Source: Bdellovibrio sp. (GTDB lineage: Bacteria > Bdellovibrionota > Bdellovibrionia > Bdellovibrionales > Bdellovibrionaceae). From it: a stretch of 64,000 nucleotides of DNA. The notes beneath the pieces were generated by a model that was not told the DNA's origin, searched no databases, and was given only the letters and a program-made list of their open reading frames with translations. The stretch lies in contig JACMRL010000022.1 of assembly GCA_014376435.1 (NCBI GenBank), positions 44,634 to 108,633 of the forward strand, in the 5' to 3' direction. The position numbers were made by a program, and so were the translations under genes. Below are positions 17,905-26,817 of this stretch, piece after piece (the stretch's first letter is position 1; every line of letters starts with the position of its first letter).

Positions 17905-19279
17905 TTGGCCCCTGAAAATTAAGTTTTAAGTATTGGCTAGTTGTGTAATTCGGAAATTCTTTAGACATCTTTAACAATACCTCACCCACGATTGCATTGG
18001 TGTAAGCTTTCGATTCCCACATAATTAGCGAGCGTGCGATAGCCGTTGCAGTGAAGTAGTGATCTGCGTCCCAGTAAATCTGAGTATCTTTCTGACGAGC
18101 ATTTTTTAATAGCGAATGCACTCCGTAAACTAATGCGGTATGAACCCGATCTTCGCGGGGGTTTGCATAATGTAATAACGAAGCCATCGCATACGCCGTA
18201 GTCAGAGTTGGGTCTTGCCAAATATTTCCTTCATTCGTCCAGCTACCATCACCTAGTTGCATCGCTAAAATCTTATCGACGATTCGTTTATGTGATTGCT
18301 CGGTGATACAAGTCTCGCCTGCTTTTTCGCTAGAAGCGATGGCGTAAGACAAATTTAAAGTATTTGGGTAATAAATTCCGCAATCTTTGTGTTCATCGTT
18401 GGCGATCGCTTTATTTAACATTTCGCAAGCGTCAGTACGGCCAATCTGATTTGGCTTGCCCGCTAGGGCTAACATTCTTAGAATATTGGCGTTCACCACG
18501 CAATCTACATCATTACGGTTGAAGGGAATACGGGCGCCTTTGCTCGAACTAGCAAAGTAAAAGCGTGGCATGTTCGGATCATTTTCGTCATGTAACCAAG
18601 TTAAAAATCCACCTGAATTTTTTAGATTATTAAAGCGATTATAAAATTGCGCTTTGCGGTTCACATCTCGAAATTTAGAAAATTCAGTTAACGAATTTTC
18701 TGAAATTTTATATTTGTCACCATTGATTTTAGCATTATACATTTTCGCTGAAAAAACGGATGAAGAAGTGTCAGAATCATTTGGCACATTCGTAAACCCA
18801 TGCCAGATCGGCAGTAGTGTCATATTAATTGGACGTCGTACCTCTACGCCTTTATTCATTCGTGGGGGATAAAAGTTAAATGTAGAACCTTGTTGGTAAC
18901 GGGTTAAAGAATTAATTCCATTTTGAATCGAAGCAGGAATTTGGCTGAGCGGCGCTTCATGTTTTAGGTCAGAATTTTCTAAATAAGTTTGTGCTAAGAT
19001 ATTAATAACCGCCGCGGTCGTAAAACCCGTAGCTTCTTCATTTTTACCAATCGGACGGCCAACACCCGCCATAATTGGAATTAAAGTTGATTGAATACGG
19101 GTCGGCCATTCACCTACAAAATAATTTTCATCGGCGGCTTGTATTTGATTATTCAAAGAGGCTTCGATTGCTTTATACGAAAGCTGTTTTAACGACAAAG
19201 ACTCGAGCGGAATTTTTCCTGCCAAAGCCGTAGATGTTAAAGCAATTATGTTTAATAAAAGAAATGATTTTTTTAACAT
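17894..19279 (-). CDS. secreted protein, possible alpha/alpha-toroid (prenyltransferase/squalene-cyclase-like repeat) fold
   Basis: 461 aa with a signal peptide. The segments LGDGSWTNEG and DVDCVVNANILRMLA resemble terpenoid-cyclase-type repeats. This is a weak call. Confidence 0.35.
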   Translation of the reverse strand: MLKKSFLLLNIIALTSTALAGKIPLESLSLKQLSYKAIEASLNNQIQAADENYFVGEWPTRIQSTLIPIMAGVGRPIGKNEEATGFTTAAVINILAQTYLENSDLKHEAPLSQIPASIQNGINSLTRYQQGSTFNFYPPRMNKGVEVRRPINMTLLPIWHGFTNVPNDSDTSSSVFSAKMYNAKINGDKYKISENSLTEFSKFRDVNRKAQFYNRFNNLKNSGGFLTWLHDENDPNMPRFYFASSSKGARIPFNRNDVDCVVNANILRMLALAGKPNQIGRTDACEMLNKAIANDEHKDCGIYYPNTLNLSYAIASSEKAGETCITEQSHKRIVDKILAMQLGDGSWTNEGNIWQDPTLTTAYAMASLLHYANPREDRVHTALVYGVHSLLKNARQKDTQIYWDADHYFTATAIARSLIMWESKAYTNAIVGEVLLKMSKEFPNYTTSQYLKLNFQGPNDY

Positions 19280-19300
19280 TTCAACGCTTTCTTGATTTTA

Positions 19301-19885
19301 TTATTTAACTAAGTGACAAGTATCAACTTCAACCAAAGCGGGAAGCCCAGATTGAACGATTCCTTTATGATGACCTTCGACGATGGCTTGGTCGATCGAA
19401 ACTGAATCACCTTTAGTTTCAGAATTAAATTCTATTTTTGCATTTTCTAAAATCTTCTTAAGGCTCGAAACCATATGCATCGAGCCATCAATCGCCATTA
19501 ATTCTTGCGTACGACTTTCGCGACTAATGCCCATCGTTAGTTGGCCTAAAATTGCATCATCAATGGCTCGAATATCTTGAAACGATTTTTCCGGTAAAAC
19601 TAATACGGTATATAATCCAATCACCTGATGGTTTAATACACATAGTTTAATTTTCAAACCTTCTATCTGAGCACTACCGCATTTTTTTAAATCATCCGGA
19701 CTTTTTATATCGTCTAAAACAAGAGTTTTGATTTCAGCGCTTTGTTGTGAAGGTATTAGTCCGGACTTTGCAGTAAGAGAAGCCGTGATTTTGCAATCCA
19801 GGGATTCTGCCGAAGCTGTGAAACCAATCAATAAAGTAGTTAAAATAAGTAAGTTAGATTTTTTTATAAGTACCTCCATGGGCAT
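19301..19885 (-). CDS. secreted hypothetical protein
   Basis: Track ORF 19301..19951. The internal ATG at 19885 (MPMEVLIKKSNLLILTTLLIGFTASA), preceded by GGATAGG, gives a proper signal peptide. Confidence 0.45.
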   Translation of the reverse strand: MPMEVLIKKSNLLILTTLLIGFTASAESLDCKITASLTAKSGLIPSQQSAEIKTLVLDDIKSPDDLKKCGSAQIEGLKIKLCVLNHQVIGLYTVLVLPEKSFQDIRAIDDAILGQLTMGISRESRTQELMAIDGSMHMVSSLKKILENAKIEFNSETKGDSVSIDQAIVEGHHKGIVQSGLPALVEVDTCHLVK

Positions 19886-19992
19886 ACCTATCCATAAAGT
19901 GTTCCAGCGTAAGGTTATGTTTAATTGCAACTGAGACGTTTTCATCATCAAAAGAGTGGGCAGACGACGTTAATTGTCAGTTAATAAATGGT

Positions 19993-20397
19993 TTACCACT
20001 TCACTTTTTCGGAACGGTGTTTTTTGATCTCACCACGGATTTTTTTGCCTTCGAGGCGCTTTCTGATTGAACTTTTTTTAGGTTTAGTTGCCAGACGTTT
20101 TTTCGGGTCAATCAACGCTTTAGCAATCATTTGATTTAGTAATTGGTAAGCTTTTTCTTTATTACTTTTTTGATCGCGCTGGTCTTCATTACGGATCAAA
20201 ATCTCATCACCTTGCACTAAACGATGCGCTAATCGCACAAATAATTTTTGTTTTTCAACTTCGGTTAAAACTAAAGAATTTGAAATTGAAAATCGTAACT
20301 GCACGGCTGAGTTTGTTTTATTTACGTGTTGCCCGCCGGGACCCGAAGAGCGGGTAGCGGTCCACTCAAGCTCAGTCCACGGGATCATTATCTTCAT
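19993..20397 (-). CDS. arfB: alternative ribosome-rescue factor / peptidyl-tRNA hydrolase ArfB
   Basis: 134 aa with the GGQ motif SGPGGQHVNKTNSAV and a basic C-terminal tail. Confidence 0.85.
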   Translation of the reverse strand: MKIMIPWTELEWTATRSSGPGGQHVNKTNSAVQLRFSISNSLVLTEVEKQKLFVRLAHRLVQGDEILIRNEDQRDQKSNKEKAYQLLNQMIAKALIDPKKRLATKPKKSSIRKRLEGKKIRGEIKKHRSEKVKW

Positions 20398-21071
20398 AAG
20401 CTATGTTGTCTTTCAAGAAAGTAAACCACGATAGCTAGAATTATTAAGCCCACGCCCATGATTAACTTTTCGTGATCTTCCAACCAATCTAATTTATAGC
20501 GCTCGATGGTTTTTGCCGACAGCCACGCAAAACTAAGCATCGTAACTAAAGTTCCCACCGCTAAGACTAAACTGAGTAATACAAAGCCCATCCAACCATG
20601 ACCCACCGAAGTTAAATAAATTGGTAAAAATGCTTCGCATGGAGAAAAAGTTAAGAGCGACAATAAACTTAAAATGGCCCAGCCATCTTTTGAAGTTTTT
20701 TTAAGTTCATCCAGATGATGATGTTCCGATTCGTGAGAATGATCACAGTGTGTATGCTTATGACCTATTTTATATTGGTAAATTTGGTAACAACCGTAAA
20801 GCGCAATCGATAAACTTGCGATTAAAATAAAATAACTTTCAACTTGATGGTAAACACCCATGCCTAAAACAAAAAGCAAAGCGCCCAGTAGGGTAGTCAT
20901 GATCACGTGACCCATCCCCGCAATTATTAAAATCGATTGGGTTTTAGACCACGTCCATTTTTGCGCGCGCGATGCCATCACAAAAGGCAACCAGTGCGTA
21001 GGAATCGCAGCGTGTAGGACGGCAATTAAAAGGCCCGTGATTAGGACGGGTAAAATACTGAAATCACTCAT
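20394..21071 (-). CDS. integral membrane protein with a His-rich loop, putative metal transporter
   Basis: 225 aa with about 6 hydrophobic helices and the central loop GHKHTHCDHSHESEHHHLDE. ATGA overlap with arfB. Family not assigned. Confidence 0.35.
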   Translation of the reverse strand: MSDFSILPVLITGLLIAVLHAAIPTHWLPFVMASRAQKWTWSKTQSILIIAGMGHVIMTTLLGALLFVLGMGVYHQVESYFILIASLSIALYGCYQIYQYKIGHKHTHCDHSHESEHHHLDELKKTSKDGWAILSLLSLLTFSPCEAFLPIYLTSVGHGWMGFVLLSLVLAVGTLVTMLSFAWLSAKTIERYKLDWLEDHEKLIMGVGLIILAIVVYFLERQHSL

Positions 21072-21175
21072 GAATTAATTGGTTTAATCAAGGCCGTGGC
21101 GGAATGCAAGCCTTCCCGCCACGAAGCTTGAATATAGGCTTAAAAGCTGTTAATTTTTACAAACAATTCTTTAAT

Positions 21176-21251
21176 CGTCCTTTAGCGCAGTTGGTAGCGC
21201 ATTCCCATGACATGGGAGGGGTCGTAGGTTCGAGTCCTACAAGGACGACCA
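21176..21251 (+). tRNA. tRNA-Val (anticodon GAC)
   Basis: Manual cloverleaf, 76 nt. Acceptor CGTCCTT/AAGGACG, D-stem GCGC/GCGC, anticodon stem TTCCC/GGGAG with loop AT-GAC-AT, T-arm GTAGG-TTCGAGT-CCTAC, encoded CCA. Confidence 0.85.
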
Positions 21252-21343
21252 ATCAACTATGATAACCAACTAAATAATTCAAACTCACCGTGCTTACGAA
21301 GATAGCTTTTGTATATTGATTCGAAGCTTTGTACTTTGCGCAC

Positions 21344-22243
21344 ATGAAAAAAATTAATCTGTATTTTACGATGCTTTTGGTTTTGCTCTCTGGTCTTAGC
21401 GTAGCGGCGCAAACTTTATCGGCCGAAGCTTTATTAAGTCGAGACATTATGCTGTCCGCGAAAAGTTTAGATTCTGATAAAAAGATTTATAATTACTTCT
21501 ATATTCCTAAAGTCTACAGCGAGCTAGAAAGCGAAAAAGGCCGTCACTCTTTCGTAGACCGTTATTTATCAGAGCGCGCGGGTAGTTTTTGGGATGCAAA
21601 TTTCACGGATGCTTCAACGAAAAATTATGCCGCCGGTGCCGGTTTATACTTTGCGATTGATCCATTAATTTCAAAGTCTTACGGAAATACATTTATTGAA
21701 GTGATAATGCCGGCGGGAACACGCTTTATTAACGTGGTTTCACCAATTCCTTTGAAAAAAGATACAATGGCGGCCTTGATTGCCGAAGGTTACATGACGG
21801 CTGATCAAGTGGGTGAGTTATTTCCAAAACGCGCTGGTTTTTACCGAGATACTTTGCGCGCGATGGTTTTACCTCAGTACACACACTTTCGTAAAATGGT
21901 GCAGAATATTTTTACCACGCAGAATATTCAGTTTATTGAGTATAACTTCAATTCTAGTCTGAGTACTTTTTGCAGCAAACATAGTTATTCAGCTTTTGTT
22001 TATATCGGTTCACATACCGAAACATCACGCGGTTTAAGTATGTTCTCAACAGAATTAAATTTACCCAATCAAAGCGCGAGCGAAGCCGTGCAGTTACAAG
22101 CGATTGTTAAGTTCAGAAATATATTAGATAATTTGGCCGTCATTGGTAAAAAAGGTCGCGCGGCCGTTAAAGAGTACATTCTTAGTCAGTACTCGGCCGC
22201 TGAATATCTTGCCGTTAAGAAATCAGCTTACAGCTGCGAATAA
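21344..22243 (+). CDS. secreted protein, candidate H-Y-E-type (PARP/diphtheria-toxin-like) ADP-ribosyltransferase
   Basis: ATG at 21344 gives the signal peptide MKKINLYFTMLLVLLSGLSVAAQ. The motifs GRHSF, GAGLYFAIDPLISKSYG, FIEVIMPAG and QFIEYNF have PARP-like spacing. The ORF is solid but the function is tentative. Confidence 0.35.
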   Translation: MKKINLYFTMLLVLLSGLSVAAQTLSAEALLSRDIMLSAKSLDSDKKIYNYFYIPKVYSELESEKGRHSFVDRYLSERAGSFWDANFTDASTKNYAAGAGLYFAIDPLISKSYGNTFIEVIMPAGTRFINVVSPIPLKKDTMAALIAEGYMTADQVGELFPKRAGFYRDTLRAMVLPQYTHFRKMVQNIFTTQNIQFIEYNFNSSLSTFCSKHSYSAFVYIGSHTETSRGLSMFSTELNLPNQSASEAVQLQAIVKFRNILDNLAVIGKKGRAAVKEYILSQYSAAEYLAVKKSAYSCE

Positions 22244-22320
22244 CCCCGCTTTTGAAAGAATCGCCTGTACAGAAAAACGACAGGCGAAGTTCAATATAAC
22301 TTCGGCTATATTACTGCTAC

Positions 22321-23445
22321 ATGAAGTTGTTAAGATTCTCTCCTATTCTATTTCTTACGTTCGCACTGAGCTTACAAATGGCTTGGGCAGATACTTCTCA
22401 TGCTAACGAAATCACATCTATTTCTAAAATCGGTACAGGGTCAGAAGCGACGACTGTTTCCGCGCAGTCCTACGGTGATGTTTCTTCAGAAAAAGTAGCT
22501 GAAATTATTCATGAAGCTGAATTGACCAATGCAGATACCATGGTCGTATCGGATCATCCCGAAGTCATGAAACTTACGGCTAAGGCTTACGAAGAAACAA
22601 AAAATCCGGCCAAACTTAAATTCATGCCGCTAGGTATTTTAACCAAGATGTCTGCAAAGGCTCGAATCGAGTTCTCGGATTATTTAGCGCGCGCCAATGA
22701 AACCATTCGTACTGATAAAGTAACCTTGATCGTACTAACAATTACGACCGCGGTAGATTCTTTCATTTGGATTCAGGCTACGTCGATGAGTTTTCCGCAA
22801 AAGCTTTCGATGGTCTCGTTAAATATGTTGTTTGCGGTCACTTTTGGATTAGACCGTGATTTATGGGGCAAAATGACGATGCCAATTCATCATAAAATGA
22901 TGAAGACCTTTGATCGCTTAGGCGGAGCGAAGGTTCAAATTTCTAGATCGGGTCAAATCATTGCTAGTCAGTTTGTTTCCAACTTAACGATGGGTACGGC
23001 CTTTTACGTACTACGCGCGGGTTTAATTTCTTTTGATCACATCGAAACGCTTTTAATTTCGACGGCATTTTGGGCGCAGACCATGAAACTAACCACGATG
23101 ATGAGTTTGACTCAATTTGCTTGGGCCGAGCTTTATAATAAAGTAGATGCAAAAGTAAATCCGGTCGCAAAGTTAAATTTAAAACGTATTGCTGATACGC
23201 GTGGAATTTTACTAACTAGCTTAGCTAGTATTAGTATGGTTTTTCAGCCCGAAATTTACGGTAATACCCCCATCATTACTTTTATCGTGCACGGGGCAGT
23301 TGGATTAACTGCTCTGCTGGGAGCGGAAAAAATTATTTCTGTCTTAGAAACTAGTAAGCCATCAAACTTATTATATAAATACTCAAATAAATTCGAAGAT
23401 GCCTTAAAACCAGCGCCGTCGATGTTGTGCCGCGATTTATTTTAA
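22321..23445 (+). CDS. hypothetical membrane protein with an N-terminal signal peptide
   Basis: 374 aa with a signal peptide, a soluble segment and several hydrophobic helices. Confidence 0.5.
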   Translation: MKLLRFSPILFLTFALSLQMAWADTSHANEITSISKIGTGSEATTVSAQSYGDVSSEKVAEIIHEAELTNADTMVVSDHPEVMKLTAKAYEETKNPAKLKFMPLGILTKMSAKARIEFSDYLARANETIRTDKVTLIVLTITTAVDSFIWIQATSMSFPQKLSMVSLNMLFAVTFGLDRDLWGKMTMPIHHKMMKTFDRLGGAKVQISRSGQIIASQFVSNLTMGTAFYVLRAGLISFDHIETLLISTAFWAQTMKLTTMMSLTQFAWAELYNKVDAKVNPVAKLNLKRIADTRGILLTSLASISMVFQPEIYGNTPIITFIVHGAVGLTALLGAEKIISVLETSKPSNLLYKYSNKFEDALKPAPSMLCRDLF

Positions 23446-23460
23446 AATACGGGAAGTCAC

Positions 23461-24714
23461 ATGCTAAAGATATTGATTACGTTAACTAGTTTATTGACCT
23501 TTTCCTTTGCCGAGGCACAGATTACTTTGGTGCGCGATAAGCGCGTTCAATCTTTTTTAAGAAAAACGGTTTCAGATAAAGATGTTTATGACACTTCTAT
23601 CAATTCACCCAAGTCAGCGGCTTTTTCTGAAGATGGCACGAAGGTTTATGTGAATTCTTTAGAAGGTATGCAGACGGTGGTTTACGCTTGGCCTAATTTG
23701 GAAAAAATTAAAGTCATCGATCATCGTTTTGATTCGAAAAATCAAAATTTATTCCAAGGTGAAGAGACCGTTTTTAATTACCCTTTTTATCAAAAACCAT
23801 CTGCCGGCGTGAATGTATTTCGCGGTAAGCCGGTCGAAATGGCTTTTTCGCATCACGGTGATTATTTGTGGGTGACTTATTACCGTCGTGATTACGACGC
23901 TTCGGCGCAGTCTCCGTCGGCGGTTGCAATCATCGATACACGTACCGATGAAATTGTTCGTGTAATGCCTACTGGACCCATTCCTAAGTTTGTGACGATT
24001 TCGCCTGACGGGAAAACGGCGGCCATTACTCACTGGGGAGATAACACGATTGCATTGATGGATATCAGTAGCCATAACGTAAAAGATTTTAAGTATGCAG
24101 CGCACTTAACGGTTGAAAGACAATTAAGCCAGGAAGATAAAGCGGGCACCGACCGTGATTCAACTTGTGGTTTTTGTTTACGCGGAACGGTTTTCACTCC
24201 TGATTCACGTTTTTTGCTGGTCGCGCGGATGGGTGGCGGTGGAATTGCGGGATTTGATATTGAACAGAGAAAATATTTAGGTTCAATGATGAATATTCGG
24301 TCAACGCCTCGTCATTTAGTGGTGACCGCGAATGGAAAAAATTTAATCGTTTCAAGTAATGTCAGCGGTTACGTGACAAAATTAAATTTAGATTTATTCG
24401 TAAACGAAATGCGCGGAGCTCAGGGTAAAAGAATTAAAGCCACCGGCGGCCAAGAAGCTTTCGTCGGCGTTGGGGCGCGCACCATCGAAGTTGATCCGAC
24501 CGGGCAATATATATTTGCGGCGGTAAATGACGGAATCAAAGTCGTGGCGGTTAATGTAGAGACCATGAAGACCATTAGCGAAGTTAAAGTGGATCCTTTT
24601 CCCGTAGGCTTAGCCATTTCTAAAGATGGGCGCTACATCGTGGTCACTTCGCAAGGCCGCTCTGGCCAAGGCGGCGGAAATTCGGTTAATATTATTCGCG
24701 TTGATAAAAACTAA
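23461..24714 (+). CDS. beta-propeller repeat protein (YncE/lactonase-like), secreted
   Basis: 417 aa with a signal peptide and repeated SxDG+xhhVxxxxxxxV blades (SEDGTKVYVNS, SPDGKTAAITH, TPDSRFLLVAR, SKDGRYIVVTS). Confidence 0.6.
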   Translation: MLKILITLTSLLTFSFAEAQITLVRDKRVQSFLRKTVSDKDVYDTSINSPKSAAFSEDGTKVYVNSLEGMQTVVYAWPNLEKIKVIDHRFDSKNQNLFQGEETVFNYPFYQKPSAGVNVFRGKPVEMAFSHHGDYLWVTYYRRDYDASAQSPSAVAIIDTRTDEIVRVMPTGPIPKFVTISPDGKTAAITHWGDNTIALMDISSHNVKDFKYAAHLTVERQLSQEDKAGTDRDSTCGFCLRGTVFTPDSRFLLVARMGGGGIAGFDIEQRKYLGSMMNIRSTPRHLVVTANGKNLIVSSNVSGYVTKLNLDLFVNEMRGAQGKRIKATGGQEAFVGVGARTIEVDPTGQYIFAAVNDGIKVVAVNVETMKTISEVKVDPFPVGLAISKDGRYIVVTSQGRSGQGGGNSVNIIRVDKN

Positions 24715-26021
24715 AGATACTTAAGTAATTTCTTTTTCCAATCTGAGTAGGGAGGCTGCATCAGCTTTCGTAAAAATCCAAAATAGCTTTGTTTAATTAC
24801 GGCGCGCTGGTGGCTTAATTCTAAAAAGCCAAAGTGCCCGTGGTAACGCCCTTGGCCGCTTGCGCCCACTCCGCCGAATGGTAAATGATGATTGGCTAAG
24901 TGAACCAGCACGGAATTAATTCCGACTCCGCCGGAAGGTAATTCATTTAAAACTGAGTTAATAAATTTTTTATTTTTAGAAAAAATATACAACGAAAGAG
25001 GCTTCTCGTATTTTCTGACTAATTCAAAAAGTTCAGTTTCTGTTCGATACGTTAAAATCGGCAGCACCGGACCAAAAATTTCTTCCTGCATTGCTCTCGA
25101 AGTAAGTTCAGGTTGGCTTAAAATATCTAGAGTTGAGTTTGCAGCGACGTTTGCTAAATTTTGCAAACGCTCGGCATGGTCTTTAGAAATGATACCACCC
25201 TGTTCGTCCAATTTGTGAGTTACGGCCAATTTTTTCAAACGAGTCGTTAAATCGGCTGCGATGCTTTCGTGCACAATTATATAATCTGGAGCCACGCAAG
25301 TTTGACCACGATTTAGGTACTTGCCCCAAAAAATTTTCTCGCTGGTTAATTCTAAATCGGCAGTTTCGTCAACGATGGTGGGTGATTTTCCACCCAGCTC
25401 AAGCGTCATCGGAATTAACCTTTCGGCGCAGGCTTTTGCAATTATTTTTCCCACGGCGGTTGAGCCCGTGAAAAAAACGTGATCAAAATCATAACTTAAA
25501 AGCTCGGTCGTTTTGTCTTTATCGCCCGTTTCAATCATAACTTCGTTCTCCGCGAAACAATCTTTTACTAATCGCACGAGTAAGTTTGCCGTGTGCGGAG
25601 TTAATTCTGAAGGCTTAAGCACCACCGTATTTCCGGCAGCCAAAGCGGTGATCAATGGAATGACGGCTAATTGAAACGGGTAATTCCACGGCGCAATGAC
25701 TAACACGACACCCTTATTTTCAAAACGTATCCAGCTTGCGTGGCCCAACAAAGTAAGGGGCGTCGGAACTTTTTTGTCAGACATCCACAGATCTAGTTCA
25801 GCAGTGATATGTTTTAATTCTGAGAGCGTCGGTAAAATCTCGCTGATATCGGTCTCGAAGGTAGGTTTTTTAAAATCATTATACAAAGCTTTTTGAATGT
25901 CGTTTTGATTTTGCTTCATCCAAGTTTTGACTCGATGAAGTCGGGAGATGCGGTCTTTTGGATGATCATGTCGCCAAGTGATTGATTTTGTTTTTAGTGC
26001 CTGAAATGAACCAGATTCCAT
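24711..26021 (-). CDS. NAD(P)-dependent aldehyde dehydrogenase (class-3-like)
   Basis: Motifs FTGSTAVGK, ELGGKSP and the catalytic Cys context NRGQTCVAPDY. 436 aa. Confidence 0.85.
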   Translation of the reverse strand: MESGSFQALKTKSITWRHDHPKDRISRLHRVKTWMKQNQNDIQKALYNDFKKPTFETDISEILPTLSELKHITAELDLWMSDKKVPTPLTLLGHASWIRFENKGVVLVIAPWNYPFQLAVIPLITALAAGNTVVLKPSELTPHTANLLVRLVKDCFAENEVMIETGDKDKTTELLSYDFDHVFFTGSTAVGKIIAKACAERLIPMTLELGGKSPTIVDETADLELTSEKIFWGKYLNRGQTCVAPDYIIVHESIAADLTTRLKKLAVTHKLDEQGGIISKDHAERLQNLANVAANSTLDILSQPELTSRAMQEEIFGPVLPILTYRTETELFELVRKYEKPLSLYIFSKNKKFINSVLNELPSGGVGINSVLVHLANHHLPFGGVGASGQGRYHGHFGFLELSHQRAVIKQSYFGFLRKLMQPPYSDWKKKLLKYL

Positions 26022-26022
26022 T

Positions 26023-26817
26023 TTATAAATCCTTAAAGTTAAATAATTTTTGATCTAGCAAATGGCTAGGTTTTGCATTTTGAAGTGCTTTGGTAAATGA
26101 AGCGCCTAGATTAGGAATATCATTTTCTAAATCTTTGATTAGCTTTTTCATTTTTTGACGTTTCATGCCTTCTTGCGATCCACATAAGTTACAAGGAATT
26201 ACAGGAAATCCCCATTCGACGGCCAGTTTGATTAAATCTTTTTCAGCCACAAAAACCATGGGGCGAATAACGGTGTTACGGTCATCGTCTGAGCGCAGTT
26301 TCGCGGGCATGGTCGAAAGTTGGCCGACGTAAAATAAATTTAGTAAAGTTGTTTCAATGACGTCATCCCGATGATGACCTAGTGCCATTTTATTAAAACC
26401 TTTTGCAAAAGCGAAATCATATAAAATCGCTCGGCGCAGTTTTGAACAAAGCGAACAGAAAACGCCGTTGGTTACTTTTTCGGTTACGATCGAATAAGTA
26501 TCTTTTTGAATAACAGATAGTTTTAAATCTTCTAATTCAAACCAAGCTTTAAATTCATCAATCTGAAAACCGGGTTGTTTTTGGTCTAAGATGACGGCTT
26601 CGATCGTAAAGTTAAGTTCAGCACGTTTACGGATCTCTTCCAATAAAACCATTAGAATCGAAGAGTCTTTACCGCCGGATACGCAAATCATGACCTGATC
26701 GCCTTCGGCAATCATATTAAATTCGGCTAAAGCTTGGGTAATTTGTTTTCTAATTTTAATCGCTAGCGGGTGTTCGCGATCAACTTTTTTTAGAGCTTTT
26801 TTTAAAGGTAGCATCAT
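26023..26817 (-). CDS. ttcA: tRNA 2-thiocytidine biosynthesis protein TtcA
   Basis: PP-loop SGGKDS plus the Cys motifs CSLCSKLRR and CNLCGSQ. Confidence 0.8.
   Translation of the reverse strand: MMLPLKKALKKVDREHPLAIKIRKQITQALAEFNMIAEGDQVMICVSGGKDSSILMVLLEEIRKRAELNFTIEAVILDQKQPGFQIDEFKAWFELEDLKLSVIQKDTYSIVTEKVTNGVFCSLCSKLRRAILYDFAFAKGFNKMALGHHRDDVIETTLLNLFYVGQLSTMPAKLRSDDDRNTVIRPMVFVAEKDLIKLAVEWGFPVIPCNLCGSQEGMKRQKMKKLIKDLENDIPNLGASFTKALQNAKPSHLLDQKLFNFKDL

Noticed and set aside
21176-21251. tRNA-Val as an integration hotspot for a genomic island
   Set aside because: I found no integrase near the tRNA and no repeat of its 3' end downstream. The adjacent genes look like ordinary lineage-specific secreted proteins.
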